The position numbers and the translations under genes are program-made. Below are positions 1 through 7,210 of a stretch of 64,000 bases of DNA, in pieces (position 1 is the stretch's first letter; each line of letters begins with the position of its first letter). The notes under the pieces were generated by a model, which saw nothing but the letters and a program-made list of their open reading frames with translations, did no database searches and was not told the origin of the DNA. This stretch comes from Clostridia bacterium (GTDB lineage: Bacteria; Bacillota; Clostridia; Oscillospirales; CAG-272): assembly GCA_017481495.1 (NCBI GenBank), contig JAFUPC010000011.1:58711-122710 (forward strand), given 5' to 3'.

Positions 1-176
1 AGTGTGGGGAATATCGGTAACATCAATTTTTCGCACCGCCTTTGGTACTGACGCCGTATCTGTCCGGCGCGGAAGCCCTCTTCCGGGAGGGGGGCTTCTC
101 TGCGAACCGTCCACCCCATTTTCTCAATCAAAAAAGCAATTCTCAATCCATCCCAAGGAGATATTTCAATACCATC

Positions 177-1148
177 ATGAAAAAACTGACAACGACCTTA
201 CTTTTACTCGCCGTTCTGTGCGGTACTGTCGCCTGCGCATCCGGTGAGGCGGAGAACGATACCACGGACAGCGGTGTTTCCGCCGGCAATCCTGCCGCGG
301 GTATCATTTACACCGATGCCGACGTAGAAGCCGCAATTGCCGCTTTGGAAGCGGCGTATGAATCCGGCGACGATGCCGCAATTCTGGCGGCGGAATCCGC
401 TTTGGAAGCGATCGAAATGGCAATTGCCGAGCAGGATGCCGCGCCGGAGCTGAATTCCCCGCAGGAACAGAATCCAACGGAAGAACCGGAGACCGATTCT
501 CCCGCACCCGCGGTGACCGAAGCCGATACCGTCCGCGTTTACACCGATGAGGACATTGAGGCGCTGTTTGCCGCATTACAGTACGCCTACGAAATGGGCG
601 ACCAGGAAGCCGCTGCGGAAGCGGAAGCCGCCATTGAAGAAATGGAGAGAGCAATGGCAGAACAGGATCCCGCGGCGGGACAGGATAACAGCGAAAGCGA
701 AGACGGTGACGACGTCATTTATTACTTCCCGGACGACGACGACTGGGAAGACTGGGACGATCCGTTTGCGGAGGAGGAGGACGACAATCCCCTGCTTGAC
801 ACGCACTGGATCTATTACGAGGGCGACATCGAGCACGAGTTCCAGATCAAGGACTCCGGCATGGCGTATTACTCGAAGCGCGGCGACGGCGACACCGTTT
901 CCTGCGCAATGCCGTGGGTCGATGAGCTGATCCAGCCGGAACGCAGTACCGACGACCTTTACCGCCAGTGCGCGCTCCTTTGTCCCTTCAACGCCGACAG
1001 CGGCGGATCGTGGCTGTGCGTTGCGGACGAGGTGTGGTACATCTACATGCTGGACGGCGTGGTCTACTGGGATCGCTACGACGGCGACGACGGCGTGCAG
1101 AAGGATTTCATTTCGTCGGTGGAACTGGTGGATAAGTACGGCGGATAA
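177..1148 (+). CDS. Secreted lipoprotein with duplicated acidic Ala/Glu-rich repeats and a Cys/Trp/Tyr-rich C-terminal domain, function unknown
   Basis: Lies inside ORF 42..1148. An internal ATG at 177, preceded by AGGAG (156-160), starts MKKLTTTLLLLAVLCGTVAC-ASG, a lipobox-type signal peptide. Two internal repeats of about 80 aa (DADVEAAIAALEAAYESGDDAA / DEDIEALFAALQYAYEMGDQEA). Confidence 0.7.
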   Translation: MKKLTTTLLLLAVLCGTVACASGEAENDTTDSGVSAGNPAAGIIYTDADVEAAIAALEAAYESGDDAAILAAESALEAIEMAIAEQDAAPELNSPQEQNPTEEPETDSPAPAVTEADTVRVYTDEDIEALFAALQYAYEMGDQEAAAEAEAAIEEMERAMAEQDPAAGQDNSESEDGDDVIYYFPDDDDWEDWDDPFAEEEDDNPLLDTHWIYYEGDIEHEFQIKDSGMAYYSKRGDGDTVSCAMPWVDELIQPERSTDDLYRQCALLCPFNADSGGSWLCVADEVWYIYMLDGVVYWDRYDGDDGVQKDFISSVELVDKYGG

Positions 1149-1149
1149 A

Positions 1150-1178
1150 GTCTGAAAATAAATTTTCAGACGGGTTTT
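1150..1178 (+). terminator. Rho-independent terminator after the lipoprotein gene
   Basis: GTCTGAAAA-taaa-TTTTCAGAC stem-loop starting 2 nt after the stop codon, followed by GGGTTTT. Confidence 0.6.
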
Positions 1179-1356
1179 GTGGCTTTCTTTGCACTTCGTG
1201 CAAAGATTTTGCTGCGCAAAACCACCCTCAATTCCCCATGATAGAAAAACCGGGATTTCGGCATCGGGATTCCGGGATTTCTTTTCCCATAACCAAAATC
1301 GTAACCGCAAAACGTTCCGATTTCCAAAAGTTTTGCGGTTATATTCCGAAACTGTA

Positions 1357-1384
1357 TTGATTTTTTGCTGTTTTGCGGTATAAT
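1357..1384 (+). promoter_or_regulatory. Sigma-A type promoter for the DUF4143 ATPase gene
   Basis: TTGATT (1357-1362), 16-nt spacer, TATAAT (1379-1384). AAAGGAGG SD lies 7 nt before the ATG at 1428. Confidence 0.55.
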
Positions 1385-1427
1385 ATAGTTATCTTATCAA
1401 TCAGGAAATCCAAAGGAGGAATGACCG

Positions 1428-2639
1428 ATGATTCCAAGACCGACATATACCGACCGTATCATGGCGTTTGCAGATGCGCCGTTTGTAAAAATTCTGACCG
1501 GTGTGCGCAGAAGCGGAAAATCCACCATTCTGAAAATGCTCATGGAACAGCTGGTGACAGAGCGGAATATTTCCCCGGAGCAGATCGTCAGCTACCGCTT
1601 TGATTCAATGGAATACGAGGGCATGACCGCACGGGAACTGTATGCGGCGCTGAAAGCGCGGACCTCCGACACGCAAAAAACGTACTTCTTTCTTGACGAA
1701 ATTCAGGAGATCGACGGCTGGGAAAAGGTCGTCAATTCGATTCTTTCGGATTTTGATGCGGATATTTACGTCACAGGCTCCAACTCCCGCATGATGTCCT
1801 CCGAACTTTCCACTTATCTGACCGGGCGGTATATCTCCACGCATATCTACACCTTGTCCTTTGCGGAATATCTGGAATTCCGGAAAACCCATTCTCCCAC
1901 GGAGGACATTTATAGAGCGTTCACCGATTATCTCCGGCAGGGCGGATTCCCGGCGACCCATCTTCAGCCGTATTCGCAGGAAGAAATTTACACCATTGTC
2001 CGCGATATTTACAATTCCACGATTTTCTCCGATATTGTCCGGCGCAGTCAGATCCGGAAAGTGGATCAGCTGGAACGGGTCGTGCGGTATACCTTTGCCA
2101 ACACCGGCAACATTTTCTCTGCAAAATCCATTGCCGATTATCTGAAATCGGAGCACCGTACCCTTGACAATGAGACGGTCTACGGGTATCTGGAAAAGCT
2201 GGAAAAGGCGTACCTGCTCTACCGCTGTTCCCGCTTTGACATTCACGGCGGGGAAATTCTGAAAACGCAGGAGAAATTTTACCCCGCCGACACCGCTCTG
2301 CGGTACAGCGTTCTCGGTTATGACGACAACACGGTCGCTTCTTCGCTTGAAAACATCGTTTATCTGGAACTTTGCCGTCGCGGGTATACCGTTTATACCG
2401 GAAAAGACGGCGACGGAGAGATCGATTTCATCGCACAAAAACAGAATGAGACCGTATATGTTCAGGTCACGCAGAAAATCGTGTCCGAGTCCACCGAGCG
2501 CAGGGAATATGACCGTTTACTTGCCATTCCGGACAATTATCCGAAATTCGTGCTCCGCACCGATGTCTTTGCCGGCGGAAATTATAAGGGCATCCGCACC
2601 ATGCACGTCGCGGATTTTCTGTTGGATGGGACGTTTTGA
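1428..2639 (+). CDS. AAA+ ATPase with C-terminal DUF4143-type domain (COG1373-like)
   Basis: 403-aa ORF. Walker A GVRRSGKST near the N-terminus, Walker B-like FFLDEIQ. Overall layout is typical of COG1373 predicted ATPases. Confidence 0.8.
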   Translation: MIPRPTYTDRIMAFADAPFVKILTGVRRSGKSTILKMLMEQLVTERNISPEQIVSYRFDSMEYEGMTARELYAALKARTSDTQKTYFFLDEIQEIDGWEKVVNSILSDFDADIYVTGSNSRMMSSELSTYLTGRYISTHIYTLSFAEYLEFRKTHSPTEDIYRAFTDYLRQGGFPATHLQPYSQEEIYTIVRDIYNSTIFSDIVRRSQIRKVDQLERVVRYTFANTGNIFSAKSIADYLKSEHRTLDNETVYGYLEKLEKAYLLYRCSRFDIHGGEILKTQEKFYPADTALRYSVLGYDDNTVASSLENIVYLELCRRGYTVYTGKDGDGEIDFIAQKQNETVYVQVTQKIVSESTERREYDRLLAIPDNYPKFVLRTDVFAGGNYKGIRTMHVADFLLDGTF

Positions 2640-2652
2640 GAGAAAGAAAAAA

Positions 2653-2788
2653 TGCTGTATGCAGAGAAACAACGGGGGAAACTCCCTCCGTCACGCATTC
2701 GCGTGGGAAGCGAAGCTTCCCAGGTAAGCTTTGCTTACCCGGACACCATCCCTCGACAGAGGGAGGCTTTTTGTTCCTGCATACAGCA
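2653..2788 (+). other. 136-nt multi-hairpin element (candidate structured RNA or complex terminator) between convergent genes
   Basis: Perfect 12-bp closing stem TGCTGTATGCAG (2653-2664) / CTGCATACAGCA (2777-2788). Inner stem CTCCCTC (2682-2688) / GAGGGAG (2759-2765). Three apical hairpins: ACGC-attc-GCGT, GGGAAGC-gaa-GCTTCCC, GGTAAGC-ttt-GCTTACC. A T-run follows at 2794-2802. Confidence 0.4.
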
Positions 2789-2887
2789 GTTATTCTTTTT
2801 TTCGTAAGAACCGTACCTTTATAATTCAGCGGCGCAGCCAATACAAAGTTCTTTTTTGCCTACTTTTTTCTTACAAGAAAAAGTAGG

Positions 2888-3466
2888 TTATTCATTCGGG
2901 TCAATGAAGCCCAGATAGGCTTTCATGTAGTTGGCGCCGGACCAGACGGTCATGATGCCCATGAAAGCGACGGTGATCCAGGCGATGATGTGGTAGGTGT
3001 CGAAGAAGAGCACCAGGGGGTCGAGGATCAGGACGAGAATGCAGACAATCTGGGAGACGGTCTTGACCTTGCCGAGCCAGTTGGCGGGGACGACGATCTT
3101 CTGCTCGGAGGAAGCGACCAGGAGCCGCAGGCCGGAGATGGCGAGTTCGCGCAGGATGACGAGCAGCGTGACCCAGACAAGGACAGAGCGGAACGCGGCG
3201 TACATTTCGGACGAGCACATCGTGACGAGCATTCCGATGACCATGAACTTGTCCGCAAGCGGGTCCATGAATTTGCCGAAGTTGGTGATGAGGTTGTATT
3301 TCCGCGCGATTTTGCCGTCAAGCATATCGGTCAGCGCCGTCAGAACAAATAGCACCGCCGCTAAAATCCGCGCGGTCGTTTCCCCGCCGATGGGAAACAT
3401 GATGAAGATCATTGCAATCGGCGCCATGATGACACGCAAAAGGGTCAGTTTGTTGGGGAGATTCAT
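2888..3466 (-). CDS. pgsA: CDP-diacylglycerol--glycerol-3-phosphate 3-phosphatidyltransferase
   Basis: 192-aa polytopic protein with the CDP-alcohol phosphatidyltransferase motif DMLDGKIARKYNLITNFGKFMDPLADK. GGAGG SD upstream. Confidence 0.9.
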   Translation of the reverse strand: MNLPNKLTLLRVIMAPIAMIFIMFPIGGETTARILAAVLFVLTALTDMLDGKIARKYNLITNFGKFMDPLADKFMVIGMLVTMCSSEMYAAFRSVLVWVTLLVILRELAISGLRLLVASSEQKIVVPANWLGKVKTVSQIVCILVLILDPLVLFFDTYHIIAWITVAFMGIMTVWSGANYMKAYLGFIDPNE

Positions 3467-3487
3467 GTATGCCTCCTTATTATCAGG

Positions 3488-4834
3488 TCAACCGTTCACC
3501 GCTTCGCCGACGAGATCGTAGTCGTCGTAGCAGTCGGTGATCTTTACAAGGACAAACTGTCCTTCCTTGAAGCGGGTCTTGCCGAGCTCGTTTGAGAAGA
3601 ACACCTTTCCGTCGATGTCGTAGGCATCGGCATAGGTTCTGCCGAAATAGTTTTCGGACACGGCATCGAAGCCCTCGACGAGCACGGTGACGGTCTTTCC
3701 GACCATCGCTTCCGCGCGGGCGCGGCTCCGGTCTGCCTGTTCGCGCATCAGGATGTCATAACGATCCTGCTTCACCTGTTCATCGATCTGGTCTTCAAAG
3801 TCGTAGGCGGGGGTATCTTCTTCGCGGGAGTATGTGAACACGCCCACGCGGTCGAAGTCGAGCTTCTTTGCGCCCTCGCAGAGAATGCGGAAGTCCTCCT
3901 CGGTCTCGCCGGGGAAGCCGACGATGAACGTGGAACGGATAACCATGCCGGGAACGGTGCGCAGTCTTGCGACGGCATCATAAATGGTCTCGCTGTTGCC
4001 TTTGCGGTTCATGCGGCGCAGAACCGTGTCGGAGAGGTGCTGGACGGGCAGGTCGATGTATTTGACAAGCCGGCTGTTGGTGCGGAATTCCTCGACCAGC
4101 GCATCGGAAATTTTGTCGGGGTAGCAGTAGAGAACGCGGATCCACGGGATGGTGGTCTCAGTGGTAATCTTCTGGATGAGTTCAACCAGCTTTTCCTCGC
4201 CGTAGAGGTCGCGGCCGTATGCCGTGGTGTCCTGCGCGATGAGAACCAGCTCTCTGGCGCCGAGATTCTCCATATCCTTTGCTTCCGCGATGAGCTCCTC
4301 CATCGGGCGGGAGTGCAGTTTACCGCGGATGTTCGGGATGGCGCAGTAGGTACAGCGGTTGTCGCATCCCTCGGCAATTTTCAGGTATGCAAGATATTCG
4401 GGCGTGGTGACAACACGGTCGGCGACCGTCTCCATTTCCTTGACATCGTCAAAGGACGAATAGCGGCGTTTGCGCTCCACCGCCTCGATGGCATCGACGA
4501 TATGATGCAATGCCCCGACACCGAGCACCGCATCGACCTCGGGCAGCTCGTCGAAGACCTGCTCCTTGTACCGCTGGGCAAGGCATCCCGTGACGATGAT
4601 GCCCTTGAGATTTGCGTTCTTTTTCAGCCATGCCTCGTCGAGAATGTTGTCGATGGCCTCCTGCTTTGCGCTCTCGATGAACGCGCAGGTATTGATGATG
4701 ACAATGTCCGCCTCCGTATCGTCGGGGGTGATCTCATACCCCGCCTTGACGACATCGGCAAGCATGACCTCGGTGTCCACCTGGTTCTTGGGACAGCCGA
4801 GTGAGATAAATCCGATTTTTGATTTCTTTTTCAT
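3488..4834 (-). CDS. rimO: Ribosomal protein S12 methylthiotransferase (radical SAM MTTase)
   Basis: 448 aa. N-terminal MTTase motif IGFISLGCPKNQVDTE, radical SAM CDNRCTYC, C-terminal TRAM-like domain. Confidence 0.9.
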   Translation of the reverse strand: MKKKSKIGFISLGCPKNQVDTEVMLADVVKAGYEITPDDTEADIVIINTCAFIESAKQEAIDNILDEAWLKKNANLKGIIVTGCLAQRYKEQVFDELPEVDAVLGVGALHHIVDAIEAVERKRRYSSFDDVKEMETVADRVVTTPEYLAYLKIAEGCDNRCTYCAIPNIRGKLHSRPMEELIAEAKDMENLGARELVLIAQDTTAYGRDLYGEEKLVELIQKITTETTIPWIRVLYCYPDKISDALVEEFRTNSRLVKYIDLPVQHLSDTVLRRMNRKGNSETIYDAVARLRTVPGMVIRSTFIVGFPGETEEDFRILCEGAKKLDFDRVGVFTYSREEDTPAYDFEDQIDEQVKQDRYDILMREQADRSRARAEAMVGKTVTVLVEGFDAVSENYFGRTYADAYDIDGKVFFSNELGKTRFKEGQFVLVKITDCYDDYDLVGEAVNG

Positions 4835-4917
4835 GTTTTTTTGTTGTGATTGTTTGGTTGAATTTTTTTTATTGGGTGGGATAGATGGGGTGGGGGAACG
4901 CGGGGAATGCTGTCATT

Positions 4918-5022
4918 AAGGGCGACGCTGAACGGTTATGATAGAAAGGCGGGCATACAGGCGACTGCGCCTTCCCTGTTTCGTTATTTTTTCCTTGCAA
5001 AAACAGCATCGTCGCCTTTATG
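4918..5022. repeat. Family-B intergenic hairpin repeat, copy 1
   Basis: GGCGACGCTG (4921-4930) pairs with CATCGTCGCC (5007-5016). The interior is shared with copies at 34468 and 58153 (AACGGTTATGAYAGAAAG..CGGGCRTAC..TTTCGTTRTTTTTCCTTGCAAAAAC). Confidence 0.6.
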
Positions 5023-5031
5023 CTGACATCA

Positions 5032-5742
5032 TCACTCAAAATCCTCCCCGTCTCCCCATTCCTCCTCCTTCTCCGGCAGACTGCCGTACACGCGCCGGAC
5101 GGCGCGGTTGATCTCGTCGAACGAAAATCCGTAGCGGAGCAGGGAAGAAACGGTGCGTTTTTTCTTATCGGGGGGCGAGAAGGCACTTCTGCCGAGTTTT
5201 CGTATCCGGTCGTCAAGGGCGGAATCGAAGTCGAGCGTTTCCAGAATGTCCTCCCAGACGGCTTTCACGGTCTCCTCGGAGAAGCCTTTGTTCCAGATCT
5301 CCTGGCGGATACGGCGCGCGCCGTATTTTTTCTGTGTACACAGAACCTCCATCAGGCGGGCAAGCTGTTCCTCCTCCCGGATATAGCGTTTTTCGACACA
5401 GAATCTGACGGCGGCGGTGCTGGCTTCCTTTGAAAATCCCTTGGTGCGCAGTTTTTCCGACAGTTTTTTGGCGGTATTGTCGCCGTAGGCGAGAAACGAG
5501 ACCGCTTTCACGGCGGCGCGGGAGCATTCCCCGGCATACATGAGGGCATCGTATTCCTCGGCGGAGAGAAATTCCCCGACGGCGGGAACGGTGCCGCAGA
5601 ACGGTTTTTCGCGCAGAAAGTACCGGAAGATCATGATGGTCTTCGTCTCCTCATGCACGTCGTCCGACAGTTTCAAGGTGATGAGAAACCGCCCGCGGCT
5701 GCCCTCCGCTTCCTCGGCGGCGGTGACGGTGATGGTGATCAC
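5032..5742 (-). CDS. recX: RecX-family recombination regulator
   Basis: 236-aa ORF starting 11 nt downstream of recA. Helical-repeat sequence (AVKAVSFLAYGDNTAKKLSEKLRTKGFSKE.. RYIREEEQLARL.. YGARRIRQEIWNKGFSEE) is typical of RecX. Confidence 0.8.
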   Translation of the reverse strand: MITITVTAAEEAEGSRGRFLITLKLSDDVHEETKTIMIFRYFLREKPFCGTVPAVGEFLSAEEYDALMYAGECSRAAVKAVSFLAYGDNTAKKLSEKLRTKGFSKEASTAAVRFCVEKRYIREEEQLARLMEVLCTQKKYGARRIRQEIWNKGFSEETVKAVWEDILETLDFDSALDDRIRKLGRSAFSPPDKKKRTVSSLLRYGFSFDEINRAVRRVYGSLPEKEEEWGDGEDFE

Positions 5743-5753
5743 GGGTGATACCG

Positions 5754-6908
5754 TTATTCGCCGTCGATGTCGGTCAGACGGATGGAGAAGTCGTTGTCCT
5801 CGTCGTCGTCTTCGATGATGCCGCCGATGCTTTCTTCGTCTTCGTCCTCGTCGTATTCTTCTTCCATTAAGTTGTTGACATCGTGGGACATGGACTTGAT
5901 CTTTTCCTCGATCTCTTTCATCAGCTCGGGGTTGTCCTCAATGAACTTGCGCGCATTGTCCTTACCCTGTCCGATGCGGTCGCCGTTGTAGGAGAACCAG
6001 GAGCCGCTCTTCTGGATGACATCAAGTGCCGATGCGACCTCGATGATCTCGGAGGACTTGGAAATGCCTTTTCCGTAGAGGATGTCAAATTCCGCGATGC
6101 GGAACGGCGGTGCGACCTTGTTCTTGACGACCTTGACCTTGACATGGTTGCCGTATGCCTCGTCGCCATTTTTCAGATTCTCGGTTTTGCGTACATCCAT
6201 TCGGACAGACGCATAGAATTTCAGTGCTTTACCGCCCGTTGTGACCTCGGGATTGCCGTACATAACGCCGACCTTTTCGCGCAGCTGGTTGATGAAAATG
6301 ACGACACAGTTCGTCTTTGCAATCGCACCTGCGAGCTTGCGGAGCGCCTGGCTCATCAGTCTTGCCTGCAGACCGACATGGTTTGCGCCCATGTCGCCGT
6401 CGATTTCCTGCTGGGGAACGAGTGCCGCAACGGAGTCCACGACCACGACGTCGATGGCACCGGAACGCACCAGCGCGTCCGTGATCTCCAGCGCATCCTC
6501 GCCGCAGTCGGGCTGGGAGACGAGCAGATCGTTGATATTCACGCCGAGTGCCTTGGCATAGAGGGGATCGAGCGCGTGTTCCGCATCGATAAATGCCGCC
6601 TCGCCGCCCAGCTTCTGCGTTTCCGCGATGATATGCAGGGCGACAGTGGTCTTACCTGACGATTCCGGGCCGTAGATCTCGACGATACGTCCTCTCGGAA
6701 CACCGCCGATGCCGAGTGCAAGGTCAAGGGTGAGAGAACCGGTGGGGATGGACTGCACGTTCATATTGACATTCTCGCCGAGCCGCATGATGCTGCCCGC
6801 GCCCTTGGACTTCTTAATCTGCGAAATGGCGGTATCGAGCGCCTTTCTTTTATCTTCGGGATTTTCGATTGCGGAAACGAGTTCCGGCTTTTTTGCTTTG
6901 GTTGCCAT
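5754..6908 (-). CDS. recA: Recombinase RecA
   Basis: Walker [10 protein letters not shown] and the conserved RecA core. True start is MATKAKK at 6908 with a GGAG SD; the ORF-track start at 6962 is an upstream extension. Long acidic C-terminal tail. Confidence 0.97.
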   Translation of the reverse strand: MATKAKKPELVSAIENPEDKRKALDTAISQIKKSKGAGSIMRLGENVNMNVQSIPTGSLTLDLALGIGGVPRGRIVEIYGPESSGKTTVALHIIAETQKLGGEAAFIDAEHALDPLYAKALGVNINDLLVSQPDCGEDALEITDALVRSGAIDVVVVDSVAALVPQQEIDGDMGANHVGLQARLMSQALRKLAGAIAKTNCVVIFINQLREKVGVMYGNPEVTTGGKALKFYASVRMDVRKTENLKNGDEAYGNHVKVKVVKNKVAPPFRIAEFDILYGKGISKSSEIIEVASALDVIQKSGSWFSYNGDRIGQGKDNARKFIEDNPELMKEIEEKIKSMSHDVNNLMEEEYDEDEDEESIGGIIEDDDEDNDFSIRLTDIDGE

Positions 6909-6940
6909 TCTACTTTTTTTCTCCTCTTTTATATGAAATG

Positions 6941-6968
6941 GAACGAATTTTCTATGGAACAAATATTC
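6941..6968 (-). promoter_or_regulatory. Two candidate LexA (SOS) operators in the recA leader
   Basis: Plus strand GAACGAATTTTC (6941-6952) and GAACAAATATTC (6957-6968). On the gene strand these read GAAAATTCGTTC and GAATATTTGTTC, just downstream of the -10. They resemble the Gram-positive GAAC-N4-GTTC box with a degenerate half-site. Confidence 0.45.
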
Positions 6969-6976
6969 TGATATAT

Positions 6977-7005
6977 ATTATACGTTATTTCATGGAAAAT
7001 TGCAA
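6977..7005 (-). promoter_or_regulatory. recA promoter
   Basis: On the minus strand: TTGCAA (7000-7005), 17-nt spacer, TATAAT (6977-6982). Confidence 0.55.
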
Positions 7006-7093
7006 GAGGTATCTGGAAATTGGGGATTTTTTTACAGAAATTTCATGATTTGTTCGGGGGAGTTTTGCGGTAGGGTGTAACGCTTAAATCTTT

Positions 7094-7176
7094 CCTTTGG
7101 CAAGGATGTAAACGGAAAGGTTCGCACAAAGAACCGTCCTGTCTGCATCCTCACCGGAGCAAAGTTTTCATCACCG
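7094..7176. repeat. Family-A intergenic palindromic repeat, copy 1
   Basis: TTTGGCAAGGATG..AAAGGTTCGCAC..GAACCGTCC..CATCC..AAAGTTTTCATCACC, between the gyrA stop and the recA promoter. Confidence 0.65.
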
Positions 7177-7210
7177 CCGCCCGTTCAACCGTCGTCCCAC
7201 GCGCTCCATC

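Noticed and set aside
2859-2887. Hairpin CCTACTTTTTTC-ttaca-AGAAAAAGTAGG abutting the pgsA stop, considered as the pgsA terminator.
   Set aside because: On the pgsA (minus) transcript the stem is followed by an A-rich rather than U-rich tract, and on the plus strand only a weak T-containing tract follows. It may be a bidirectional stabiliser, but it is not a canonical terminator.
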